From assembly GCA_964581935.1 (NCBI GenBank), contig CAZORN010000002.1, positions 1 through 56,907 of the forward strand: a stretch of DNA of 56,907 nucleotides. Direction: 5' to 3'. Below, piece after piece: positions 19,175-26,640 of this stretch; positions within the stretch are counted from its first letter, which is position 1, and each line of letters starts with the position of its first letter. The notes beneath the pieces are model-generated. The model was not told the origin of the DNA, searched no databases, and saw only the letters and a list, made by a program, of their open reading frames with translations. The stretch is from an uncultured Victivallales bacterium. Its GTDB lineage: Bacteria; Verrucomicrobiota; Lentisphaeria; Victivallales; UBA1829. The position numbers and the translations under genes were made by a program.

Positions 19175-20085
19175 CTTGCTTCTCCCCGTTTGGCTCCGGT
19201 CGCATGGAGATAGTATTGAGCAAGGACCTGGATGCCGAAGCTCATGACGAGGAGGACCAGTCCCAGCGCGAAAAGGGCGCTTCGCTGGAGGCCCTGCGCC
19301 TCGGCGAAGTGGTTGGCGAGGGTGGAGGCGATGGTGGCGGAACCGGAAAAGATGGAAGAGGGCATTTCCATGATGTTGCCGATCACGAACAGCACCGCCA
19401 TGGTTTCGCCGAGCGCGCGGCCGAGTCCGATGAAGACTCCGCCGAGGATTCCGCGGATTCCGTAGCGCAGGACGATATCCCGGGCGGTTTCCCACTTCGT
19501 GCATCCGACTCCGTAGGCGGACTCCCGCAGCATCGGCGGGGTCATGCGGAACACGTCCCGCATGATCGCGCAGATGTAGGGCAGGATCATGATCGAAAGG
19601 ATCAGTCCGGCGGTCAGGATTCCGAATCCGTTGAATTCGGTGCCGATGAGGGAAAAGCGTCCCAGTCCGAGAGTCTCCGACAGGAACGGCTGAACGTATC
19701 TTTGCATCAGGGGGGCGAGGACGAAGAGTCCCCACATGCCGTAAATCACACTGGGAATGGCGGCTAAGAGGTCGATCGAATGGCTGAGGACTTCGCCGAC
19801 GATGGGCCTTGCATCCACCAGATAGAGGGCGGCGGAGAAGGCCAGCGGCAGGGCGATGACCAGAGCGATCACGGTGGTGGAAAGGGTCCCGACAATGCTT
19901 GGCAGGGCGCCGTACTTGTCATTGACCGGATCCCACTCTCTCGACCACAGGAATGGAAGGCCGAATTCGCGCCAGGCCGAGAAGCTGCTGATGAAGAGCT
20001 GGATGAAGAACCCGAGCATCAGCACGCCGACCAGTCCGGCGCAAATCAGACAGAACCATTTGAAAGCCGTGTCATACCGGAACAT
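19171..20085 (-). CDS. pstC: phosphate ABC transporter permease PstC
   Basis: Multi-TM permease with the EAA-type loop [43 protein letters not shown]. Confidence 0.9.
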   Translation of the reverse strand: MFRYDTAFKWFCLICAGLVGVLMLGFFIQLFISSFSAWREFGLPFLWSREWDPVNDKYGALPSIVGTLSTTVIALVIALPLAFSAALYLVDARPIVGEVLSHSIDLLAAIPSVIYGMWGLFVLAPLMQRYVQPFLSETLGLGRFSLIGTEFNGFGILTAGLILSIMILPYICAIMRDVFRMTPPMLRESAYGVGCTKWETARDIVLRYGIRGILGGVFIGLGRALGETMAVLFVIGNIMEMPSSIFSGSATIASTLANHFAEAQGLQRSALFALGLVLLVMSFGIQVLAQYYLHATGAKRGEAR

Positions 20086-20094
20086 GAGGTCTCC

Positions 20095-20442
20095 TTATTC
20101 GAGGCCGTCGCGCTTGACCGCGATGACGGTCTTGGCTTTGTCGGACAGGACCAGGTTTCCCAGCTTGTCGAAAGCGATATCCGCGTTCCAGTCGGTTTTT
20201 TCGCTGATCCAGTGGATCACTTCGACGTTTTCCCACGGAATGATGCGGATCAGGGTGTCGCCGCAATGGATCTGGGAGCGGATCTGGTCGACGATCCGGC
20301 GGAAGTGGAAAGTTCTTCCCTTGACCACCACGTATTTGGCCGTTTCCTCGACCACGTTTCCGATGATGATGTGGGTATGCGCTTCCGGGTATTCCTTCTT
20401 GCAGCGCAGACGGATGTTTTTCCCTTTCAGATACTCTTTCAT
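20095..20442 (-). CDS. hypothetical 115-aa cytoplasmic protein embedded between pstS and pstC
   Basis: A clean ORF, 32 nt after the pstS stop and 9 nt before the pstC start. There is no signal peptide or TM segment. No family recognised. Confidence 0.7.
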   Translation of the reverse strand: MKEYLKGKNIRLRCKKEYPEAHTHIIIGNVVEETAKYVVVKGRTFHFRRIVDQIRSQIHCGDTLIRIIPWENVEVIHWISEKTDWNADIAFDKLGNLVLSDKAKTVIAVKRDGLE

Positions 20443-20474
20443 GTTCCTCCTTGATTCAGGATTTCAGAACCGGT

Positions 20475-21470
20475 TTACTTCAGGATTTCCTTGCGGATCA
20501 GAGCCACCACATTTTCCGGAATCGGAACATAGTTGAGCTTGGCCGCGGCGGTGCTCCCGGTGGTAAAGCACCACTCGAAATATTTCACCAGAGACTCTCT
20601 GACTTCTTTCTTGCAGTCCTTGCGGATCAGGATGTAGGTTACGCCGGTGATCGGCCAGGATTCGTCGCCGGGCTGGTCGGTCAGGACCATGTAGAATCCG
20701 GGGGCGTGCTCCCAGTCGGCGTTCATCGCGCTCGCGTTGAAATTCTTCACGGAAGGTTCCACGAACTTGCCGGCTTTGTTTTCAAGCAGGGTCATGGCGA
20801 GCTTTGCCTCCACGGCGTAGGTATATTCCGTGTAGCCGATGCTGCCGCGGATGCGTGCGACGTTGTTGCAGACGCCCGGGTTTTTCTGTCCGCCGATGCC
20901 CACGGGCCATTTGACGGCCGAGCCGGAGCCGACCTTGTCAGCCCATTCCTTGGAGATTTTCGAGAGATAGTTCGTGAAGATGAAGCTGGTGCCGCTGGCA
21001 TCGGCCCGGCGGACCACCGTGATTCTCATGCGGGGCAGGGTCAGGGACGGATTGGACGCCTTGAGCTTGGGATCGTCCCAGCTCGTGATCTTGCCGAGGA
21101 AAATGTCCGCAAGCGCTTCGCGGCTGAGGTTCAGTTCGGCATTCTTCACTCCGGGGAGGTTCACGATCACGACCACTCCGCCGGTCAGCATCGGAAACTG
21201 GAGGAGTCCGTGTTTCTGCTGGTCCTCAAGGGTCAGGGGATCGTCCGTGCCTGCGAAATCGATTGTTCTGGCCTTGATCTGGTTCACGCCCGCACCGGAA
21301 CCGATGCTCTGGTAGTTGACGCGGACGGAGGGAGTGCTCTGGCTGTAAGTATAGGTCCAGTTCTGGTAGACGGGAGCCGGGAAGCTGGCGCCGGCTCCGT
21401 TCAGGGTCTGTTCGGCTCCGACCGCTCCGAGGGAGGCCGCCGCGATGGCTGTTATCAGGATGTTCTTCAT
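20475..21470 (-). CDS. pstS: phosphate ABC transporter substrate-binding protein
   Basis: Signal peptide, then LNGAGASFPAPVYQNW...YQSIGSGAGVNQI...FAGTDDPL...GSIGYTEYTYA, which are typical PstS motifs. Confidence 0.92.
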   Translation of the reverse strand: MKNILITAIAAASLGAVGAEQTLNGAGASFPAPVYQNWTYTYSQSTPSVRVNYQSIGSGAGVNQIKARTIDFAGTDDPLTLEDQQKHGLLQFPMLTGGVVVIVNLPGVKNAELNLSREALADIFLGKITSWDDPKLKASNPSLTLPRMRITVVRRADASGTSFIFTNYLSKISKEWADKVGSGSAVKWPVGIGGQKNPGVCNNVARIRGSIGYTEYTYAVEAKLAMTLLENKAGKFVEPSVKNFNASAMNADWEHAPGFYMVLTDQPGDESWPITGVTYILIRKDCKKEVRESLVKYFEWCFTTGSTAAAKLNYVPIPENVVALIRKEILK

Positions 21471-21521
21471 GCTGTATTCTCCTTGTTCTGTTATTAATTT
21501 ACTTCCGTGGAATTCATTTCC

Positions 21522-21549
21522 GGTTGCGTGTTTGTTAGGATTGTGTCAG
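21522..21549 (-). promoter_or_regulatory. Pho-box-like array upstream of pstS
   Basis: The minus strand reads CTGACA caatc CTAACA aacac GCAACC, three hexamers with exact 11-bp phasing (plus-strand hexamer starts at 21544, 21533, 21522). The array lies 52-79 nt upstream of the pstS ATG. Confidence 0.4.
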
Positions 21550-21552
21550 GAA

Positions 21553-23160
21553 TCATTCTCCGCGTTCGCTGTCGATCAGATACTGATGATAGCCGTATTT
21601 GTTCCATTCGCCGGCGGTGTTCGTATCCTTCTTGATCAGCTTGATCTTTTCGAGGGATTTCTCGTCGATGATAGAGTTCGGCTGGATGATTTCGCATTCC
21701 GCGACAAGAACCAGATTGGATTTCTTCGTGGATTCGCGTTCCGTGGAGAAGAGGAATCCGACAAGCGGAAGGTCCTTGAGGAAGGGGACGCCGACCTGGT
21801 CGCTGACCACGTCCGTCTTTTCGATTCCGCCGAGATAGAGACGGTTCCGTCCGGTGCCGAGCATCACCTTCTGGCTCGAGTCCCATGCCGACGTCCGGAT
21901 CGTGCCGCTGGAATCGAAGCCGATCAGGGAAACGGTGCTGACATTCATCTGGACGGTGGCCGCCTTTTCGGTGATGGACGGGGTCACGTTCATCTGGAAC
22001 TTGAACTTGTCGTTGGCCGTCTTGACTTCCACGAAGTTGCCGGACTTGTCGGCGGCGGGAATCTTGGTCGATGCCGCGTACAGCGTGCCGCTCTTGCGGA
22101 GGACGTTCCCCGTGGCGCCGTTCCGGACCGCGATGTCGGCGGTGCTGAACACTTTGGCCTTGCCCTTTGACACAAGAAAGTCGAGGAACCGTGTGTTCCA
22201 TTTCGGTTCGAAGTTGAAGTAATGGGTGTTGATGGTTCCGCTGGGAGTGATCGGAACCGAGATGTTGTTGAGGTTGTAGTTGCGGCTCAGGTTCGCTCCG
22301 GTAGAGAAGAACTTCACGCCGTCGTTGTTCTTCCACGACTGGAAGTCGAGTCCGAGCATTCCGTCGTTTTCCGCACTCAGCTCGTAGACCGTGCACGAGA
22401 TGCGGATCTCGGGAAGCGCCACGTCATAGATCCGGAGCATCTCCTCGATGTTCTTCCGGGAGTAGAGCGCGGTGTTCATGAAGAGACAGTTCAGGTCTTC
22501 GTCCACTTCGATTTTGTCCTTGCCTCCGATCAGTTCGACGGTGTCGTTCGAGACGTTCGCGCCGACGAGCTTGATCATGGTCTGGAGCTCCTTTGCGCTG
22601 CGGTTCGCGGGAAAGTAGATGTATTTGGGCTGCCCCGAGGAGTTCATCAGGTTCGGCGCATCCAGTTTCTTGATCAGGGAGTCGATTCCCATTCCGTTGG
22701 TGCTGTCCTGAAAACGGTAATCTTCGGCGGCCACCATGATGACGCCGGTTCCGTCGGAAAACCGGATGCACTCCACCCCGGTCGGGACGAAGATTTTTTC
22801 CGTTCCGGCCAGGTTATCCTTATTATAGGTATTATAATAGGCAGGATTGCTTCTTCCCGCCGGGTTGTTGTAGTCCACCCGCAGGGCCTGCACCATTTCA
22901 CGGATATACGGACGCAGGGAATAGGGGTCCGCATGTTTCAGGACGTAGGTCTTGGTGATGATCTTGGGATCGTTGGTGTCGCGTATGAAGTGAACGGTGT
23001 CGGCGTCTTCGCGGATATTCAGGCGGAGGTGCGCCTGGACGTGGGACGGTGAATAAGCAGCATTTGCAGTGCTGGTCGGCTGTTCGTTCGCCAGAAGGCT
23101 CAATGTGCCGAAGGCCGCCATTCCGGCGAGGGAAATAATGCGTTTCATCTTGCGTTTCAT
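21553..23160 (-). CDS. secretin-family outer-membrane channel protein (copy B)
   Basis: It has a signal peptide and an N-terminal secretin-N-like module (KIITKTYVLKHADPYSLRPYIREMV). The secretin core begins at PEIRISCTVYELS and includes FLDFLVSKGKAKVFSTADIAVRNGATG. The C-terminal hallmark is VGVPFLKDLPLVGFLFS. Confidence 0.8.
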   Translation of the reverse strand: MKRKMKRIISLAGMAAFGTLSLLANEQPTSTANAAYSPSHVQAHLRLNIREDADTVHFIRDTNDPKIITKTYVLKHADPYSLRPYIREMVQALRVDYNNPAGRSNPAYYNTYNKDNLAGTEKIFVPTGVECIRFSDGTGVIMVAAEDYRFQDSTNGMGIDSLIKKLDAPNLMNSSGQPKYIYFPANRSAKELQTMIKLVGANVSNDTVELIGGKDKIEVDEDLNCLFMNTALYSRKNIEEMLRIYDVALPEIRISCTVYELSAENDGMLGLDFQSWKNNDGVKFFSTGANLSRNYNLNNISVPITPSGTINTHYFNFEPKWNTRFLDFLVSKGKAKVFSTADIAVRNGATGNVLRKSGTLYAASTKIPAADKSGNFVEVKTANDKFKFQMNVTPSITEKAATVQMNVSTVSLIGFDSSGTIRTSAWDSSQKVMLGTGRNRLYLGGIEKTDVVSDQVGVPFLKDLPLVGFLFSTERESTKKSNLVLVAECEIIQPNSIIDEKSLEKIKLIKKDTNTAGEWNKYGYHQYLIDSERGE

Positions 23161-23163
23161 CCT

Positions 23164-24627
23164 TTATTTTGCAAGGGTCTGGTTGACAAGTTCGGGTACG
23201 GGAACCAGTTTTCCCGTGATGGCCGCAATATCGGTGTCCGGGTGCAGGAGTTCCGCGCGGACCGAGAGGAAGTAGAAGTGTTTTTCCTTGATGCGCGTGG
23301 TGGTTCCGAAGATATATTTGAGGACCGGGAGTTCGCAGAGGAACGGAACGCCGATGGTCTGCTCCACTTCTTCATCCCGGGTCCAGCGGGAGAGCATCCG
23401 CTCACATCCGGTCTGGATCGTGACGGCGCTTTCATTCAGAGAATCCTCATAGAGCTCGTCGCCGAGGTTGTTGCGTTCGACCACGTTCTTCATGGCGAGC
23501 GAATAGGCGAAATTCAGGACCCCGATCTGTTCCGCGTAGTCCTTCGGGGAAAACTTCAGGCGTCCGTCCTTGTCCGTGTCTCCGGAAAGGGCGATTACCG
23601 GGTTTGTGACCGAGAGGACGAACCGGTCGTTGTCGGAGGTGACCACCGAACTGGCGAATTTATCGTTTTTCTTGAGGTTCTGAAAATTCGGGGAGAAAGC
23701 CAGCGAGGCGTTGTTTCCCGTGGAGATGGTCAGCGCTGCGCTGGTGGCCTGACGCGCTTTGCCCGCCTGCTGGAGAATCCGGATGAACGACATGTCAAAG
23801 CTCGGGGCGAACATGAAGAATCCGTAGGGGCCGAAGGCTTGCGCCAGGGCGGTGCTCTCCAGATACTTGGCACCGACATCGAACAGGTTCAGGCCGGGCC
23901 CGTTTTTCCAGGCCAGGTAGTCGATTCCCATGTCCAGCAGGTCGGCTTCCCGGATTTCATACACGTTCATGGAGAGGCTGAACTGCGGAACCATGCGGTC
24001 CAGCCATGCCAGATATTTCTTCAGGTCTTCGTCCTTCCGGGCGGAGTCTTTCCAGTAGATGCGGTTGGTCGCGCTGTCGAAGGCCACCGTCGCGTCCTGG
24101 TTGGCGCCTTCCGTGGCGTTCGAGGGAATTCCCGCCTTGATCATGATGTTCATCATCTTTTCAGTTCCGCGGTACTGCGGGACATAAACGCTGCGCGTAA
24201 TGCCGGTTCCGTCGATTCCGGAACCGTCTTTGCCCGTCACGTCCCGGTCCAGCTTTTCGATCATGTCGTCGATATAAGGCATCAGGGGAATCGGACAGCT
24301 GACCGCCACGAACTGCTTGTTTCCCGCCGGGTAGTTGATCCGGTCGGCGGAACCGTTGTTGGCATAGCGTCTGATCGCTCCCAGAATGAAGGGGACGATG
24401 TCGTTCGCCTTCTGGTGCTTCAGCTCATAGATTTTCGAAACCATGAAATTCTGGGCATCGTCTTCCACGAATCGGATCCGCTGGACTTTGCCGTTGATTT
24501 TTTCGACTTCGGTTTTTGCCTTCCAGCTTCCCGGGATTGTACCCTCCTGGCCCAACACCGGAACAACCATGCCTGACGCGCACAGAAAGAGCGCGGCGGT
24601 TGCTTGTGTCTTCTTCACGTTCATCAT
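23164..24627 (-). CDS. secretin-family outer-membrane channel protein (copy A)
   Basis: Start chosen at ATGATG 24627/24624 after AAGGAG. The ORF track extends to 24693. It has a signal peptide and an N-module (FMVSKIYELKHQKANDIVPFILGAI). The core is FSLSMNVYEIREADL...ILQQAGKARQATSAALTISTG, and the C-terminal hallmark is IGVPFLCELPVLKYIFG. The stop lies 3 nt before the copy B start. Confidence 0.8.
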   Translation of the reverse strand: MMNVKKTQATAALFLCASGMVVPVLGQEGTIPGSWKAKTEVEKINGKVQRIRFVEDDAQNFMVSKIYELKHQKANDIVPFILGAIRRYANNGSADRINYPAGNKQFVAVSCPIPLMPYIDDMIEKLDRDVTGKDGSGIDGTGITRSVYVPQYRGTEKMMNIMIKAGIPSNATEGANQDATVAFDSATNRIYWKDSARKDEDLKKYLAWLDRMVPQFSLSMNVYEIREADLLDMGIDYLAWKNGPGLNLFDVGAKYLESTALAQAFGPYGFFMFAPSFDMSFIRILQQAGKARQATSAALTISTGNNASLAFSPNFQNLKKNDKFASSVVTSDNDRFVLSVTNPVIALSGDTDKDGRLKFSPKDYAEQIGVLNFAYSLAMKNVVERNNLGDELYEDSLNESAVTIQTGCERMLSRWTRDEEVEQTIGVPFLCELPVLKYIFGTTTRIKEKHFYFLSVRAELLHPDTDIAAITGKLVPVPELVNQTLAK

Positions 24628-24710
24628 TTCTCCTTGTTTTTTCGCCGGTTCTTTTTTCCGGCGCAGCTGACAATTTTCCCCCTTGTCAAGCATCTAATTT
24701 AAATTCGGAT

Positions 24711-24749
24711 TGTTAGCGTATCGTGAAGAAATGGACAGCTCTTTGTGAA
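24711..24749 (-). promoter_or_regulatory. Pho-box-like array upstream of the first secretin gene
   Basis: The minus strand reads TTCACA aagag CTGTCC atttc TTCACG atacg CTAACA, four hexamers with exact 11-bp phasing (plus-strand hexamer starts at 24744, 24733, 24722, 24711). The array lies 84-122 nt upstream of the start codon. Confidence 0.45.
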
Positions 24750-24933
24750 TTTTTGGAAAATATTCGGATTTGGTTTGTACACGCTCGATTTCGACGCCGG
24801 GTTTTCGGCGTCTTACGGAACTCTAATGAAAATGACCGGAGCAAATCAAAGACAAAAAAAGGGCTTGCCGGGGGGTGACCCGTTTCAAACGGATCGAAAA
24901 CGGAACGTTAGCGGAATCGGGATGCGCGGAAGC

Positions 24934-25407
24934 TCAGAAAGCCGGGGAGGCTTCGGGGGAAAACAATCCGACCAGAATCCCGGGGCCTTCCGCTTTGCGG
25001 CAGATGGTCACGATCAGAGGTTTGGCGGAAGAAACGTCTCCCTCCCGCGGGGGCGTCTTGAGGGCATACGCCAGCAGGGCGTCCTCCTCGATCGCGGCGG
25101 CCACGCGGTTCAGCTTCTCAAGAGTCTCTTCCGGAATGCCGTAGGGGGCAAAGAATTCCTTGAACCGGGCGGCTTCGGTGAATTCATGTTCATCTCCGGA
25201 ATAGGGAGCCTCGAAAAATTCGGAAAGAAACGCCAGAAGAGCCGCCTTGTCGTCCATGCGGTCGGCGATCTCCTGCACCAGATTTCCCGGAAGCGACTGA
25301 ATCGGGGAATTCTTCGGTTTTGTCCAGCGCAGCATGCGCCAGGCCATGAGAAGGAGAAAGCCGGCGACCGCCATCGCGGTCAGTATTTTCAGCGCAAACC
25401 AGAACAT
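24934..25407 (-). CDS. hypothetical N-terminally membrane-anchored protein
   Basis: A 157-aa ORF with one N-terminal TM helix (FWFALKILTAMAVAGFLLLMAW) and an acidic soluble domain. No family recognised. Confidence 0.6.
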   Translation of the reverse strand: MFWFALKILTAMAVAGFLLLMAWRMLRWTKPKNSPIQSLPGNLVQEIADRMDDKAALLAFLSEFFEAPYSGDEHEFTEAARFKEFFAPYGIPEETLEKLNRVAAAIEEDALLAYALKTPPREGDVSSAKPLIVTICRKAEGPGILVGLFSPEASPAF

Positions 25408-25835
25408 GCGGAATCCTTGTCTTTTCGATTGTGAAACTCTTGAAATATATCCATAAGAAAAGCATTTTCAAATGGTTGAGGCAGCCGAAAAATGAGAAAA
25501 AAACAAGATTTTTTTGAAAAAACGGAGATTCCCTGTTTGCATTCCGCAAAATTTGGATATATTGTTTATTATTAATGCAAAAAGAAACTTTTTTTGTCGA
25601 GGATTTTCTTGATTCCTGTATCCCGGCCTTCTCTGTCACCCGCCCTGTCGCGGAAAATCCATCCTTTGCTCTTAAAGCCGATTCCCGGCTATAAGATATG
25701 CCCTGTTGCGGAATTCGTTTGCGCCGGTCACAACCCTCCCGGTTCAGCGAAATTTTTCGACGGCGGCTTCATGTCATTAACAAGTTGTATTAATTTGAGG
25801 GTAGAGGACAGACGACTGTCCGGAAAAGGTTTTCA

Positions 25836-26144
25836 ATGAACATCTACGTCGGTAACATGCCGTACTCCACCTCGGAGGAAGAACTCAACGCCCTGTTCGG
25901 AACTCATGGAAGCGTCAGCCGCGTCCACATCGTGATGGATCGCGAAACAGGTCGGGCCAAAGGATTTGCCTTCGTCGAAATGCCCAATGATGCGGAAGCC
26001 AAAGCCGCTCTGGAAGCAATCAACGGCATCTCGATGGGCGGACGTGCCCTCGTCGTTACGGAAGCCCGTCCCCGCGAGGAAAAGCCCCGCGGCGAACGTC
26101 GTCCCTTCCATCGCGGCGGCGATCGCGGCCCCCGCGGCGAATAA
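25836..26144 (+). CDS. RRM-type RNA-binding protein
   Basis: RNP2 is IYVGNM and RNP1 is KGFAFVEM. The C-terminal tail is Arg/Gly-rich. Confidence 0.9.
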   Translation: MNIYVGNMPYSTSEEELNALFGTHGSVSRVHIVMDRETGRAKGFAFVEMPNDAEAKAALEAINGISMGGRALVVTEARPREEKPRGERRPFHRGGDRGPRGE

Positions 26145-26357
26145 GCACGACGTTTTATTTCGGCCCGGCTCCCGTTCTTTCGGAGGCGATGCCGCTTCAA
26201 AAACGGCGGTTTCTGATCTATAGAGGCCGTCGTTTTTTTCTTGCCTGAAAAACACCTTATTTTTATTTCATGGAACGGATTTCCTTGCGGAGTCGTCCGT
26301 TCTTTTCACCCTTGAAACCTTCGCCGGTCTGTAATATAATAAACCATGGTATTATAT

Positions 26358-26640
26358 ATGAGACATGAAGCGAAGAAAAAATCCTCGGTGTCCGCTCTCG
26401 ACGCCGGGCTTGACATTCTGGTTCGACGATCATGAAATTTTTCCGGTCCGCATGAGACTCGCCGCGCCCGTCCTGAATTCCAGCGGACGGATCGTCGGAG
26501 CCGTCGGAACGTCCTGGACCCGCATTTCTGTCCCGCCGAAACGCTTCTCCGACTTCACCGCCGAACTGCTCCGCCATGCCGCCCTTCTTACTGGAAAAAT
26601 TACCTCCTTACTCGATCAGCAGAACCGCGGGCCAGACATG
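26358..26640 (+). pseudogene. IclR-family regulator remnant (N-terminal ~20 aa joined out of frame to the C-terminal ~55 aa)
   Basis: The frame from ATG 26358 gives MRHEAKKKSSVSALDAGLDILVRRS*, resembling an IclR N-terminal V-x-S/A-L-x-x-x-L-D-I-L. The next frame gives MRLAAPVLNSSGRIVGAVGTSWTRISVPPKRFSDFTAELLRHAALLTGKI, resembling the IclR C-terminal effector-domain end. The central ~180 aa are missing. The 3' part overlaps the convergent 1325-aa gene. Confidence 0.45.

Noticed and set aside
17568-19223. The 551-aa minus-strand ORF, which could be a giant PstB fusion protein.
   Set aside because: Only the last 251 aa (from MSIKIEAKN at 18323) are PstB. The upstream 300 aa are Arg/Pro/His-rich nonsense produced by reading pstA in the wrong frame. 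pstA (18320-19174) occupies that DNA in its own frame.
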